A stretch of 64,000 nt of DNA from Vampirovibrionaceae bacterium NZW_1234 (GCA_041697335.1 JBGUGD010000025.1:96001-160000); one strand, 5' to 3'. Shown: positions 29,258-39,581, counted from the first letter of the stretch. The notes: generated by a model not told the origin, from the letters alone. Translations and numbers: made by a program.

Positions 29258-30010
29258 ATGAATGCGCATCGAGAAAGTCTGTTGTCTCCTTCGGGAGAAA
29301 CATCGCCCTACTTTGTCGTTGACAATGTCATGACCCATGATTCAAAACACGTCATTCATCCAAGGCGGCTTGAGCAAGAAGCCTTTATGGCCCGAGCCCT
29401 GAAAGAGTCAGGTAAACGGCTTTTTACGCTCCAGGACCTTACAATTCCAGGACTTGATGAAGCTATCCCGTCACAGGATTATGACTACTTGAAGCTAGCC
29501 TTGGCTTGGGTCCAAAAATTCATTATGCGTCCCCACCCCGGATTAAACCGACCCGGTGCTGTCTGTCCTGCTGTAAAGATGGCTATTGATGAAGGGCTGC
29601 TGTATTTCACCGTTGCACATCCTGAGAAAACAGATGAGTACCGATCTGTAGCCGATGAACTGCGTCAATACGCAAAGATATTTCATACTCTTCAACCCGA
29701 AAGCGGAGAGTTAGCCGGTTTGAAAGCCTTTGTTATCTTAATGCCTGAGTGTGAGCCTGCACATTTAACCGACCATAAGGCTACGATGAAGCTTAAAACG
29801 GAGTTACTTCATCAAAACCTTATGCTTGGCCAGTTTTTCCCTATCAATGACCCAAAAGAAGCTTTAAAATCCAAATTTTTTCCGGTACAACCTCCATTTC
29901 CCATTTACAGTATGAGAACCATGTTAGAAAGTGACTGGGTCTTTCTTCAGTGGGAAAACGAATGGCGGCAAATTTATGAAACTCGTTTCGGAGCGTTCCC
30001 ACAACCATAG
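29258..30010 (+). CDS. DUF6875-like hypothetical protein
   Basis: RPHPGLNRPGAVCP, LMLGQFFP and R.M...D..FL motifs; start uncertain (29195 or 29258). Confidence 0.7.
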   Translation: MNAHRESLLSPSGETSPYFVVDNVMTHDSKHVIHPRRLEQEAFMARALKESGKRLFTLQDLTIPGLDEAIPSQDYDYLKLALAWVQKFIMRPHPGLNRPGAVCPAVKMAIDEGLLYFTVAHPEKTDEYRSVADELRQYAKIFHTLQPESGELAGLKAFVILMPECEPAHLTDHKATMKLKTELLHQNLMLGQFFPINDPKEALKSKFFPVQPPFPIYSMRTMLESDWVFLQWENEWRQIYETRFGAFPQP

Positions 30011-30108
30011 AGGGATATTGGGGGATATCCGTGATTTTAGGTGTCACAAAATAGCCATCAGTGGTTTTCATGAACCATAGCGCCATTGTTCCAGTAGGTT
30101 GACACCCG

Positions 30109-31107
30109 ATGATCTTGCGAATTGAGAGCCCATTACACCGCCATTCAACAACACCAACGTTAAAGGTCTCAGGACATTGTGGGAATAAAATCATCGATTC
30201 CGTTCGGTTTTCATCTGAAGCGGCCTCCAGTAAGCGTCGGAAGAATACGTCTGATTTTTTTGGTACGATTCGTTACTACTGGAACCGCCTGACAAAGGGC
30301 TTAGGTTCGATAGTGACCCAGCTCTTAACACGTATTGCATCGTTTTTCGGGTATTCTTCCAAAAACGCTTCTCCAAAACCTGTTAGGCCAATTCCGATTG
30401 AGGCCAAGATCACAGCCACTCATGAGCTTGGGCATGCGCTGTTGTGTCGCGCATTGGGAATATCCATGCATGAGATAAATGTAAAAGGCCATCAAGAATC
30501 CCGTTCTCGAGGTTATGTCGTCCATACATCCGTGGTGGATGCTCCAAAGTCAAAACCTAATACACAGGACTATCTTCGTGAAATTCTTGTTATGGCCGCC
30601 GGGTACGCATCGGCAAAAACGAAGCTCTTTACGCAACTGAACAAAGAACCAAAGAAAAATGAGAACGCTTTATTACAAATTCAACTGGGCCCCATTGGAG
30701 ATATTAATGCTATGCGCGCCGATCTCAAGAAGGCCAGAGAGAATGGCTACTTTCTGGATACCCCGGGATTGGCGAGCTGTGAGCTTGGACCTGCCGCGGA
30801 TGAATCCGAAGTAACGTCCTGGACAAGTCGTGAGGCACAAAACATTTTAAATACCTGGAAATACCCAATTATTTCCCATGCATATCAACTTGCTGCAGAC
30901 GTCATTGCGGCGGTTCCCGTCGAAAAATTTAATGCGATGGTCAAAGATCTGTTTGCCAAGGGTAACATTAAGGGCAAAGAAAAGATTAATGCTTTCTTTG
31001 AACACCATTTGGGAAGGAATTTTAGGTGGACATCAGTACAAAATAAGATTGACCACTACCTGAAGGGACCCCAACACTGGTTTGCACCGAAAGCGACAGC
31101 GGCATAA
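30109..31107 (+). CDS. Stand-alone M41 (FtsH-protease-domain)-like zinc metallopeptidase
   Basis: TATHELGHAL, G.V, ILVMAAG, GDI; no AAA module. Confidence 0.7.
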   Translation: MILRIESPLHRHSTTPTLKVSGHCGNKIIDSVRFSSEAASSKRRKNTSDFFGTIRYYWNRLTKGLGSIVTQLLTRIASFFGYSSKNASPKPVRPIPIEAKITATHELGHALLCRALGISMHEINVKGHQESRSRGYVVHTSVVDAPKSKPNTQDYLREILVMAAGYASAKTKLFTQLNKEPKKNENALLQIQLGPIGDINAMRADLKKARENGYFLDTPGLASCELGPAADESEVTSWTSREAQNILNTWKYPIISHAYQLAADVIAAVPVEKFNAMVKDLFAKGNIKGKEKINAFFEHHLGRNFRWTSVQNKIDHYLKGPQHWFAPKATAA

Positions 31108-31114
31108 ACGTCAT

Positions 31115-31399
31115 TTAAAGCTGAGCCCATTCCTCACATGAGTATGTTTTTAGCTCCAATGCGTGCAAATGGGTTTCAAAGTTTTCTTTCAAGAGGGCAT
31201 GAACCATACGGTGACGGTTGAGTAAGGGGACATCCTTAAATTGATCGGAAACAACCACAACACGAATATGTGTCTGCTGGCCTTCTGGGACATTGGACAT
31301 GGCCGCATGCCCCGCGTGACGCCAGCTATCATCAATGACCTCCACATGGGTGGCAGCCAGATGAGTATACAGTTTGTCCGTGATGTTTGGATTGGTCAT
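31115..31399 (-). CDS. bolA: BolA family protein
   Basis: DDSWRHAGH, HIRVVVVS..F, RHRMV, LHALEL. Confidence 0.93.
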   Translation of the reverse strand: MTNPNITDKLYTHLAATHVEVIDDSWRHAGHAAMSNVPEGQQTHIRVVVVSDQFKDVPLLNRHRMVHALLKENFETHLHALELKTYSCEEWAQL

Positions 31400-31464
31400 A
31401 GCAACACTATCTTACAAGAGAACCGGTCTTTGATTCAACATTGCACTGGAGACTACCCAAATGG

Positions 31465-31707
31465 TCAGGCGATCTTTTCTGCGCCCATGATATTGCCCAT
31501 CAGTAAATTGAGTTTAACAGTATCCCCAGGCTTCGGATCCGGATAAAATGCTTCCGGGTTGATACGAGCCTGTTGAATTGGGGAGGAATCCGATGTGCGA
31601 TAGGCCACCTGATAATATAAGCTGCCGTGAATCCGAACCTCCTGAACATCAACGAGGGTGACAGTCAACGTATCCTGCAACAAATTCATGGGGGACAATG
31701 GCTCCAT
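31465..31707 (-). CDS. Small hypothetical protein (possible OB-fold-like)
   Basis: 80-aa ORF co-oriented with its neighbours; ARINPEAFYPDPKPGDTV. Confidence 0.7.
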   Translation of the reverse strand: MEPLSPMNLLQDTLTVTLVDVQEVRIHGSLYYQVAYRTSDSSPIQQARINPEAFYPDPKPGDTVKLNLLMGNIMGAEKIA

Positions 31708-31755
31708 GTTGTATCTGCAGTCATTATCCTACACGAAGCAAAGGAGTCAGACCAG

Positions 31756-32313
31756 TTACTCTGCAGAGCGAAGCCGCCCTTGTTGGTCTATTTTCAATCG
31801 TTGCGGTGAAAGGATGGCGCGAGAACCGATACCCTGATTAAAAATTTCGCGTACTTGGCGCATGTACCGTCGAGCGGCCGATACGCCGTCCTGAATGCTG
31901 TGTTCGGTAATTTTGGATACGTCATCCATGGAGGGTGTTTTTTGATAATGCTTACAAAGCCCAAAGTAATCAATCGTTAAGCTAATCACCTCATTGGCCT
32001 TTTGCATTAAAAATTGTCGGTTCTCCTCTGACAGAATGGCTGTGTAATTCATGGTCTGATGAACATACTGGTTCTGATCATAGGTACGCCGTTTGTTGCG
32101 GGCCAGATAAAATGCCCGAAGCTTTTCACTCCCTAACGAGCGGTGTTGGTTGAGTTGTTCTTCGACACGAAATTCCAGATTGGCCATTTCCACAACAGCC
32201 TTACAAATAATCGACTGAACCTCCGCTGGGAAGACCTGAATGGCGCGAATAAACCGCGTGACATCTGGATACGCGTCATACCAACGACGCGCTGAAGGGG
32301 GGTGTGTTGCCAT
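31756..32313 (-). CDS. Hypothetical protein, RRWYD family paralog 1
   Basis: GAGG SD; aligns with 34466..35020. Confidence 0.82.
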   Translation of the reverse strand: MATHPPSARRWYDAYPDVTRFIRAIQVFPAEVQSIICKAVVEMANLEFRVEEQLNQHRSLGSEKLRAFYLARNKRRTYDQNQYVHQTMNYTAILSEENRQFLMQKANEVISLTIDYFGLCKHYQKTPSMDDVSKITEHSIQDGVSAARRYMRQVREIFNQGIGSRAILSPQRLKIDQQGRLRSAE

Positions 32314-32663
32314 GGGGGCATAACCTCAAGGAGTTAACGACACGTTAAAAAATCTGAATAAAAGCGTGATTATGGCTTAAATAACAATCCTGTACCGGGC
32401 AAAATTACTAGACATAACTCTAACGAAACACAACAAAGCAATATTTTCATAAAACAAGAATATCATATGTGATTCAATTATGAGTGGAAGAAAAAATTAA
32501 TTTTTGAATTCATTAAATAAGATATAACCAATGTTAAAAAATAGAGTGACAATGGAGATGCGCTCCGAGCGTTAGGGAGGATAACAAACGTGGTATTTCG
32601 TTGACCGTGACAACTGTCTTAGTTAAAATCCTCTTTATTGATTTATTCTGGGGAGATGCCACC

Positions 32664-33329
32664 ATGCGGACCGAATTAACACGAGGAATGAGTACGGACT
32701 TAACCAAGGGCAAACAAAGAACCCAACCTTCGTTTGCCGGGGCCCGCAAATTGATGGCAAGTATGGCCTTTCTTGCCTTAATTGGTGCCGGGTGTGATCT
32801 CCATCGCTCAAATAAGGATACGTATGAACAAATGCGAGCCTTTGAGCGTGAACGGGAAGAGAAGCGCTCCCAAATGCTCAAACAGGTTAAGGATAACTAT
32901 GCCGCACTGCCCGCAGAAAATTTAAAACAGCGCAGTGAGCATTTAAAAAACCTATTCAACGGGTCACTGATTCAAGACGACATGAAAAAGCTTCGCACAG
33001 AGTATGCCATTCGCGAGTGGGCTTTAACCACCTTGGTATCAGATCCGACCCTACCTCCTGAGTCTAAAATGGATGTTTTGGTCTATGGTTTGTCTAAAGA
33101 ATACGGTTCCTTGTATCAACTGAGCCGAACCAAGGCTAATCTGCTGATTCGGGACCTGCGCAAAGATAATAGAATACCCGACGATTTGAGAGAAGATTTT
33201 GAGACCTTTGTTCGCATTTCGCCAGACATTACGCATGACGGGTTTAAAGGAACTTACTACAAGGGACGAGTGACGGAGGACTTTTCGTCATTGGGAGAAA
33301 AACTCCGTGAGCGCCTGGCAAAGCCCTAA
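32664..33329 (+). CDS. Putative lipoprotein with extended N-terminal leader
   Basis: GGGGAG SD before ATG 32664; QPSFAG-ARK-LMASMAFLALI-GAGC. Confidence 0.72.
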   Translation: MRTELTRGMSTDLTKGKQRTQPSFAGARKLMASMAFLALIGAGCDLHRSNKDTYEQMRAFEREREEKRSQMLKQVKDNYAALPAENLKQRSEHLKNLFNGSLIQDDMKKLRTEYAIREWALTTLVSDPTLPPESKMDVLVYGLSKEYGSLYQLSRTKANLLIRDLRKDNRIPDDLREDFETFVRISPDITHDGFKGTYYKGRVTEDFSSLGEKLRERLAKP

Positions 33330-33364
33330 GTCATCATGCCTCGGAAAGCATTGAGCCAACACAA

Positions 33365-34309
33365 TTAAGAGGCAGAACTCACCATCGAAGGCAGGGCATC
33401 TTGAGAATACAACGAGCGTAAAATAGAAATCGGAGCTTTTTCAGGAAGCACCATGCCTTGGTAATCAATAATAAAGGTCTGCTCTAAAGCGTATTGCCCG
33501 GAAAGAACTGCATGGCTTACCATGTCGGTGTATACAAGCCACGAGGAACCCGGTGGAAATTCCCACATATCGTGGTGAGACTCCTGCAATTGGAATGAAC
33601 GGTTTTCTTTCAAAAAATTATGAAAGTCCAGCATCCAGACATCATAAGCTGGCCTGTTCAAGGCTTTCAGCCCCAAAAGTCTCGCAATGGGCTCAAACAT
33701 ATCCAGAAACGCAGCAGGAGATTTATCGACAAAGGGCTTGAGAACATCTTGATATTGAATGGCCAATTCTTCGAACGTTCCTGAGGTTTTCCAAAATCGA
33801 GTTTGAGTCGGACTAATATTGGTAAACACTCGCAGTATCCGATTGCCATTCATGGCACGTGTCGTGAATGAATCGATGTGGAGCAGATCATTGCGGGCTC
33901 GAAGCCTTAGCTTTCGGCCTTCCTCTTCAATTGGCCTGAAACTGGCGTAGTCTAATTTCCAAAACCCTCGATAAGGAGCCAAAAGACTTTCCACAAGCGA
34001 GACCGTTTCATCCGTGTAATGCTGCATAATCTCAGTCAGCTTGGCAATATCAACTCCCGAGTCTGCTTTGAGACCGGTTATTTTCCGTTTCAATGGGCGG
34101 TAGGCAATGTTTTTATGAAACCCGTTTTCCAGTTGATGTTGATGGAGCAAAAAATCCAGGTCTTCCGGAGGAAAGGAAAAGGGCGATTGAGGGAAATAGA
34201 CGATACCCCCACGTTCCAGGTGAGCACAAACCTCTTGAGGTGTTCCTCCCTCTTGTACGTGTGACCGGGATTTATGTTCGCCGGTCATTAAAAGCTGAAA
34301 TACGGTCAT
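33365..34309 (-). CDS. kdoO: Kdo hydroxylase family protein (KdoO-like)
   Basis: KNIAY, SFRP, DLLHIDSF, G.RILRVFTNI, YD..ML.FH...K, FPPGSSW..YTD.VSHAVLSGQYALEQT. Confidence 0.85.
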   Translation of the reverse strand: MTVFQLLMTGEHKSRSHVQEGGTPQEVCAHLERGGIVYFPQSPFSFPPEDLDFLLHQHQLENGFHKNIAYRPLKRKITGLKADSGVDIAKLTEIMQHYTDETVSLVESLLAPYRGFWKLDYASFRPIEEEGRKLRLRARNDLLHIDSFTTRAMNGNRILRVFTNISPTQTRFWKTSGTFEELAIQYQDVLKPFVDKSPAAFLDMFEPIARLLGLKALNRPAYDVWMLDFHNFLKENRSFQLQESHHDMWEFPPGSSWLVYTDMVSHAVLSGQYALEQTFIIDYQGMVLPEKAPISILRSLYSQDALPSMVSSAS

Positions 34310-34465
34310 AAAAACAGGGCCTTGAGAGAATTCAAATTCAAGTGTCTTAAATTGCCCAAAGTATAGCTCTTTCTGCTGGAAACCGCAAGAAAATGCCGTG
34401 GCAACGTAACAACAGCGTAAGTTCTAACCTTAACGTTAGGAGAAAGAGCCCATAAATATCGAAAA

Positions 34466-35020
34466 TCACTCCTCCAATGGAGCTATCTCTTCTTCAGGAG
34501 CAGGTTCGTTAAACCGCCGAATGACGTACGCGGGTTCTCCTTCATCATATAAAACGGGTTTTTGCACGTTTAAAATGTCGTCTATAATAACGGCCCCGGT
34601 TTCGAGACTGCGTAAGCAAAGCTCGTAGACATGCTCAACATTGGTGCCATAATCTATTGCTCGATGTCGTTTCAGATATTCCAAAACCGATCGCAGCATC
34701 AATGTCGCTTGTTGAAGGATCTGATTTCTTTTTTCAATATCCAAAGCCACCATGGCGCTCATGGTGTTATGCAGTAAGCGATTATCATCATATTCACGGC
34801 GCTTGTTCTTGGCTAAATGCAGTGCAGCCAGCCGTTGGTAACCCATGGTTCGATAGTTCTCAGATAATGAAACAGATGCATTTACCCCTTCAATCAAATC
34901 ATGCATAAAATGGCAGATAATCTCTTGAATTTTTTGTGGAAGAGCCTGCATAGCCTGAAAAAAATCATTGGCAGTCGCATCATGGTCATACCATCGACGT
35001 TTGGTATTACTACTATCCAT
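34466..35020 (-). CDS. Hypothetical protein, RRWYD family paralog 2
   Basis: RRWYD, LPQKIQEIIC, RTMG...L.AL.LAKNKRREYD.N...H.TM shared with 31756..32313. Confidence 0.82.
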   Translation of the reverse strand: MDSSNTKRRWYDHDATANDFFQAMQALPQKIQEIICHFMHDLIEGVNASVSLSENYRTMGYQRLAALHLAKNKRREYDDNRLLHNTMSAMVALDIEKRNQILQQATLMLRSVLEYLKRHRAIDYGTNVEHVYELCLRSLETGAVIIDDILNVQKPVLYDEGEPAYVIRRFNEPAPEEEIAPLEE

Positions 35021-35141
35021 AGTTCCGGACCTATGTTCAGCACACTGTCATGATGGATATATCGGCATGTCATGCAAATTTCTTAAGAACACGTCAGCGG
35101 CCAGACAGGGTCTGGCCGCGAAGAGAAGGACTGAACACCGT

Positions 35142-36284
35142 TTAGACGGACGATAAAATTTCCGTGGTACAGTTTCCACCACTGAGTATGCTAATTTGAA
35201 TGGCCTGACGCGTGTCTTTCGGCTCGTAACACAAACGAGTCGTGGCACCAGAAGGACCCTCGACCAGTGCACCCAGGTCAGATAACACATAGTTCATCCC
35301 TGAGCGCATATCGGCATCATTAATACATTCAAAGTGAGCATGCAGGACTTCCAAGAGGGCTTGATTCTGCAAGGCTGGCTTATTGACACGAATGGCATCG
35401 CCATACACTGTATCCAAAGATTCCAGACACAGGCCGGTAAAGTTGATGTTAATGCCTCGAAACCGGGCATCCCAAGCTGCAGCCATCTTCAGTGCAACAG
35501 CCGTTCCTGTCAGTAAACCGCCGCCGCCAACAGGTGCCACTACGGAAATTTCCGAGACCTCCTGCTCCTGCAGTATGGGAAGCAGTTGCTGGTAAAGCTC
35601 CAACCCAAGGGTCCCTTGGCCTGCAACCACCCAGGGATCGCTATAGGGATCCAGATAAAACCCATGTTGCGTCTGGTTCTTTGCAAAATCTCGGGCCTCA
35701 TCAAAAGTGCTTCCGTACTCAATCAAGGCAGCATGGACCCCAAGGGCATTCAGCAACTGGACTTCCTGTTTCAATTTTGTCAGTTTAACGGCTGCGGTTG
35801 TCGTCGGCACCACAATCTGGATCTGGTCAGGCCGTAACAGGGCAGCGGCTTTAAAGAGACCCAATGCATGATTGCCGGTGGATGCGGTAATGAATTGCCG
35901 ATAATTTCCGCATTGCATCATTTTAGCCATACCCACGACCGCCCCCCGGACCTTATAGGCCCGGGTGATGGTCAAATCTTCACGCTTGTAAAACAGATAT
36001 GGCGAAAATGTCGACGGTTGAAGCGGCGTTAACGGATCTTGAGGGTTGCTGTTGTTCAGAATCCCCAACTGAGGACGAAACCGATCCAGGATGCGGTTTG
36101 CCTCCAAAATTGAGGTATACATCTGAGTCACCTGAAGATAGGATTCTATCGACAACCCGGCCGGGAAACCCGGCATCATAATTCGACCATCGTCTCCAAT
36201 CATCGCAGGCGCCATTCCAGGAGTAGATATCATGGAAGGCATCGAACGATAAACGGAAGAGGCAAATGTGTCGACGGTCATCAC
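35142..36284 (-). CDS. ilvA: PLP-dependent threonine/serine dehydratase (IlvA-like) without regulatory domain
   Basis: TPL, YKRED, AYKVRGA, STGNH, AGQGTLGLE, PVGGGGL, VEG, LSGGN; last gene of the ilv operon. Confidence 0.75.
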   Translation of the reverse strand: MMTVDTFASSVYRSMPSMISTPGMAPAMIGDDGRIMMPGFPAGLSIESYLQVTQMYTSILEANRILDRFRPQLGILNNSNPQDPLTPLQPSTFSPYLFYKREDLTITRAYKVRGAVVGMAKMMQCGNYRQFITASTGNHALGLFKAAALLRPDQIQIVVPTTTAAVKLTKLKQEVQLLNALGVHAALIEYGSTFDEARDFAKNQTQHGFYLDPYSDPWVVAGQGTLGLELYQQLLPILQEQEVSEISVVAPVGGGGLLTGTAVALKMAAAWDARFRGININFTGLCLESLDTVYGDAIRVNKPALQNQALLEVLHAHFECINDADMRSGMNYVLSDLGALVEGPSGATTRLCYEPKDTRQAIQISILSGGNCTTEILSSV

Positions 36285-36305
36285 GATTGAATCCTTTCTC
36301 GTGTG

Positions 36306-37355
36306 CTAGTTCTTATTACGATTGACAAGTCGGTTCCCGCTCAGCCAGCTCATCATCTGACGCAGCTTGCGTCCGGTGACTTCCAACGGGTGTTGACGAT
36401 CCGCTTCGACCAGCGCGTTCAAGTTGGCTTTACCCGACTTGTATTCCGAGATCCATTCCCGGGCAAATGAGCCTGTTTGGATTTCGCTTAAAACTTGCTT
36501 CATGGCAAGTTTTACTTCGGGCCCGATGACTCTGGGACCTCGGGTTACGTCGCCATAACGGGCGGTATCGCTGATGGAGTAGCGCATATCTTCCAAGCCA
36601 CCCTCATACATCAGGTCCACGATGAGCTTAAGTTCGTGCAGACATTCAAAATATGCCAATTCAGGTGGATAGCCTGCTTCCACCAAGGTTTCGAACCCGG
36701 CTTTCACCAGGGCAGTCGCACCGCCACAGAGAACGGCCTGTTCGCCAAACAGATCGGTTTCGGTCTCATCCTTGAAGTTGGTTTCGATAATCCCGGCTCG
36801 GCCCGAGCCCAGGCAGGCAGCATATCCCAAGGCTAAGTCCTTGGCGTTCCCGGTGGCATCCTGATAGACGGCCATTAATGCCGGGACCCCGCGATCGCGC
36901 TGAAATTCGGAACGGACCAAATGCCCCGGGCTCTTAGGCGCCACGAGAAACACATCCACAAACGAAGGCGGTGTCACTTCACCGTAGTGAACACTGAAGC
37001 CGTGGCTAAAAACCAATGCCTGGCCTTCTTTAAGGCGAGATTCAATCAATTCTTTATACACGTGGCCATGATCCACATCGGGCATCAGGAAGACCAACAC
37101 GTCAGCCCATTCAGCCGCATCAGAAACAGGCATAGTTTCAAAGCCGGCTTCCTTGGCTTTGCCCTCGGAGGCACTGCCGGGGCGCAAGGCAATGCGTACA
37201 TTGGCACCGGAATCTTTCAGGTTCATGCTCTGGCCAAAGCCTTGGCTGCCAAAGCCAATGACGGCGATTTTTTTCGAGAGCAACTGGCTCCGATCGATAT
37301 CCTGATCGTAATAAATGTTCAAGGTTTCTTTGGGTTGCGTTGCGGTTGTCATCAC
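36306..37355 (-). CDS. ilvC: Ketol-acid reductoisomerase
   Basis: IGFGSQG, FSHGF, APKSPGH, ETDLFGEQAVLCGG, AYFECLHE. Confidence 0.97.
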   Translation of the reverse strand: MMTTATQPKETLNIYYDQDIDRSQLLSKKIAVIGFGSQGFGQSMNLKDSGANVRIALRPGSASEGKAKEAGFETMPVSDAAEWADVLVFLMPDVDHGHVYKELIESRLKEGQALVFSHGFSVHYGEVTPPSFVDVFLVAPKSPGHLVRSEFQRDRGVPALMAVYQDATGNAKDLALGYAACLGSGRAGIIETNFKDETETDLFGEQAVLCGGATALVKAGFETLVEAGYPPELAYFECLHELKLIVDLMYEGGLEDMRYSISDTARYGDVTRGPRVIGPEVKLAMKQVLSEIQTGSFAREWISEYKSGKANLNALVEADRQHPLEVTGRKLRQMMSWLSGNRLVNRNKN

Positions 37356-37682
37356 TTATCTCCTTGTGTTTTGTGTGGCAAATACGGGGGCAGGTTTCAG
37401 GTTGCCGGGAAACAATTCCGTCACATTGGCTTCCAGGGACGAAGCGCTTTCCACGGAATAGGCGTGCAACACATAAACCTGTTTATTCAAAAATTTCACG
37501 AGCTTATCAATGGTCTTTGAATCAGCACAGACATAGGTCAACGTCACATGAAGGCAGTTGGTGTCGGTGTCCAGGCTGGACAGGAATTGTTCGGGGATAA
37601 ACCCGCGGTAGGTCATGGCCTCCAGAACCCGATCCAGGGCACCCAAGCGGTTTTGCAAAATACAACATAACGTGTTCTTCAT
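37356..37682 (-). CDS. ilvN: Acetolactate synthase small (ACT) subunit
   Basis: NRLGALDRV, RGF, KFLNKQVYV; lies between ilvB and ilvC. Confidence 0.8.
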   Translation of the reverse strand: MKNTLCCILQNRLGALDRVLEAMTYRGFIPEQFLSSLDTDTNCLHVTLTYVCADSKTIDKLVKFLNKQVYVLHAYSVESASSLEANVTELFPGNLKPAPVFATQNTRR

Positions 37683-37688
37683 GCGAGG

Positions 37689-39443
37689 TTATTCTCCTTT
37701 GTTGTCATCTTCGGTAAGCATTTCTTCGTTACTGGCACCTGCCGGAACCCAGGGGTAGACATCGGCCTTTTCCTGGACGGGAAAGTCTATCAACACGGGC
37801 CGGTCGGTAATGGCAAACGCCTCTTGAATCACCCGATCCACATCCTCAGGGGATTCAACGACAAATCCGGCACACCCATAGGCTTCGGCCAATTTCACGT
37901 AATCCGGCGAGGTTAAACGAGTCTCCGATTCCCGATTGAACATCTTGCCCTGCCATTGACGCACCATTCCCAGGTAGCCGTTGTTGATGATGGCGACTTT
38001 GACCGGTAAGTTATACGCCTTGGCTGTGGCCAACTCTTGAAGGGTCATCTGGAAGCTGCCGTCCCCGGCGATATCCAATACGGTCTTATCCGGAAAAGCG
38101 CTCTGGATCCCGATGGCTGCGGGGAAGCCAAACCCCATGGTTCCAAGTCCACCTGAGGAGATAAAGCTCCGGGGACGAGACAGATTAAAGCGCTGGGCAG
38201 CCCACATCTGGTGCTGCCCAACTTCAGTCGTCACAAATCCATCTTTGGGCATCCAATGAAACAGGCGTTCAATAGCATACTGCGGGGTCAGCACGGCAGC
38301 CGGAGTTTGCATGGGCTGACGACGGGCTTTCCACTGCTCAATGGTGTCGAACCAAGTTTCACGGCTGTGGGGGGCCATAGCCTCGGATTCAGTCAAGCGC
38401 AACAGATCGGTGAAGATATGACCGATATCCCCTTGAATCGGCAACGTGGCTTCCACATTTTTTTGCAGTGAGGTCGGATCCATATCGATGTGAATGATCT
38501 TGGCGTTCCGGGCAAAGCGGTCGGCCTTCCCTGTCTGACGCTCACTTAAACGATTGCCGACGATCAGAAGAACGTCGGCATTGGCAATGGCGATATTGGC
38601 CCAGTAATGGCCGTGCATTCCACAGAAACCCATATAGAGGGGATGATCTGCGGGAAACCCACCGAGCCCCATCAAGGAACATGCCACCGGCAGTTGAAAA
38701 CGCTCTGCAAATGCCAGCACTTCCGCATTGGCGCCGGCATTCACAACACCGCCGCCACAAAGCATCACGGGTTGACGGGCGGTTCTTAACAGCTCAAGCG
38801 CCTGTTCCAGATCATGTTCGGTATAGGTATCTGTTTCCGTGCTGTAGCCAGGCAGATCCAGGGTCACGTTTTCCGGATTGTATTCTGTGCTAGCCAACAG
38901 TACATCCTTTGGCAAGTCCACCAATACCGGCCCGGGTCGACCGGTATTGGCGATGTAAAACGCCTCTCTTATGGCACTTGCCAGGTCCCTCACGTCCCTT
39001 ACGATAATATTGTGTTTCGTAACCGCACGGGTTATGCCCACGATATCAGCTTCCTGAAACGAATCATTGCCCAGCATGCCGGTGGCCACGTTACCGGTAA
39101 AGACCACCAGGGGAACCGAATCATAATAGGCATCGGCGATCCCGGTGACGGTATTGGTAGCGCCGGGTCCCGAGGTCACGAGAACCACGCCGGTTTTACC
39201 CGTCGAACGGGCATAGCCTTCAGCCATATGTACTGCACCCTGTTCGTGGCGAACCAGGATGTGTTCGATGGGGTATTCCGGAAGGGCTTCATAAATTGAG
39301 AGAATGACACCGCCAGGGAGACCAAAGACCTTTTCTACGCCTTCTGCGACCAGGGATTTCAATACGACATGTGCGCCCGTGCATACAACGGATACGGGGG
39401 CAGCCTGAGGAGCTTGGGGTACGCAGTTGGCGGGCCTATTCAT
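37689..39443 (-). CDS. ilvB: Acetolactate synthase large subunit
   Basis: FGLPGG, RHEQGA, TSGPGATN, GRPGPV, VGQHQMW, GLGTMG, GDGSFQM...NNGYLGMVRQWQ. Confidence 0.97.
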   Translation of the reverse strand: MNRPANCVPQAPQAAPVSVVCTGAHVVLKSLVAEGVEKVFGLPGGVILSIYEALPEYPIEHILVRHEQGAVHMAEGYARSTGKTGVVLVTSGPGATNTVTGIADAYYDSVPLVVFTGNVATGMLGNDSFQEADIVGITRAVTKHNIIVRDVRDLASAIREAFYIANTGRPGPVLVDLPKDVLLASTEYNPENVTLDLPGYSTETDTYTEHDLEQALELLRTARQPVMLCGGGVVNAGANAEVLAFAERFQLPVACSLMGLGGFPADHPLYMGFCGMHGHYWANIAIANADVLLIVGNRLSERQTGKADRFARNAKIIHIDMDPTSLQKNVEATLPIQGDIGHIFTDLLRLTESEAMAPHSRETWFDTIEQWKARRQPMQTPAAVLTPQYAIERLFHWMPKDGFVTTEVGQHQMWAAQRFNLSRPRSFISSGGLGTMGFGFPAAIGIQSAFPDKTVLDIAGDGSFQMTLQELATAKAYNLPVKVAIINNGYLGMVRQWQGKMFNRESETRLTSPDYVKLAEAYGCAGFVVESPEDVDRVIQEAFAITDRPVLIDFPVQEKADVYPWVPAGASNEEMLTEDDNKGE

Positions 39444-39522
39444 GAATTTTGTCCTCCAATCTGAATGGTCATCTGTTCGTGTGTCATCGGGTGGTTCCTT
39501 TCGATTACGGGTCGATTATGGG

Positions 39523-39561
39523 CTAAAACAAAACCGCCGGGAGCTTGTGTTCCCGGCGGTT
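39523..39561 (-). terminator. Attenuator terminator of the ilv operon
   Basis: 11-bp stem AACCGCCGGGA/TCCCGGCGGTT followed on the minus strand by a T-rich tract. Confidence 0.88.
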
Positions 39562-39581
39562 CGATGAATTCTTGGTGTTTT

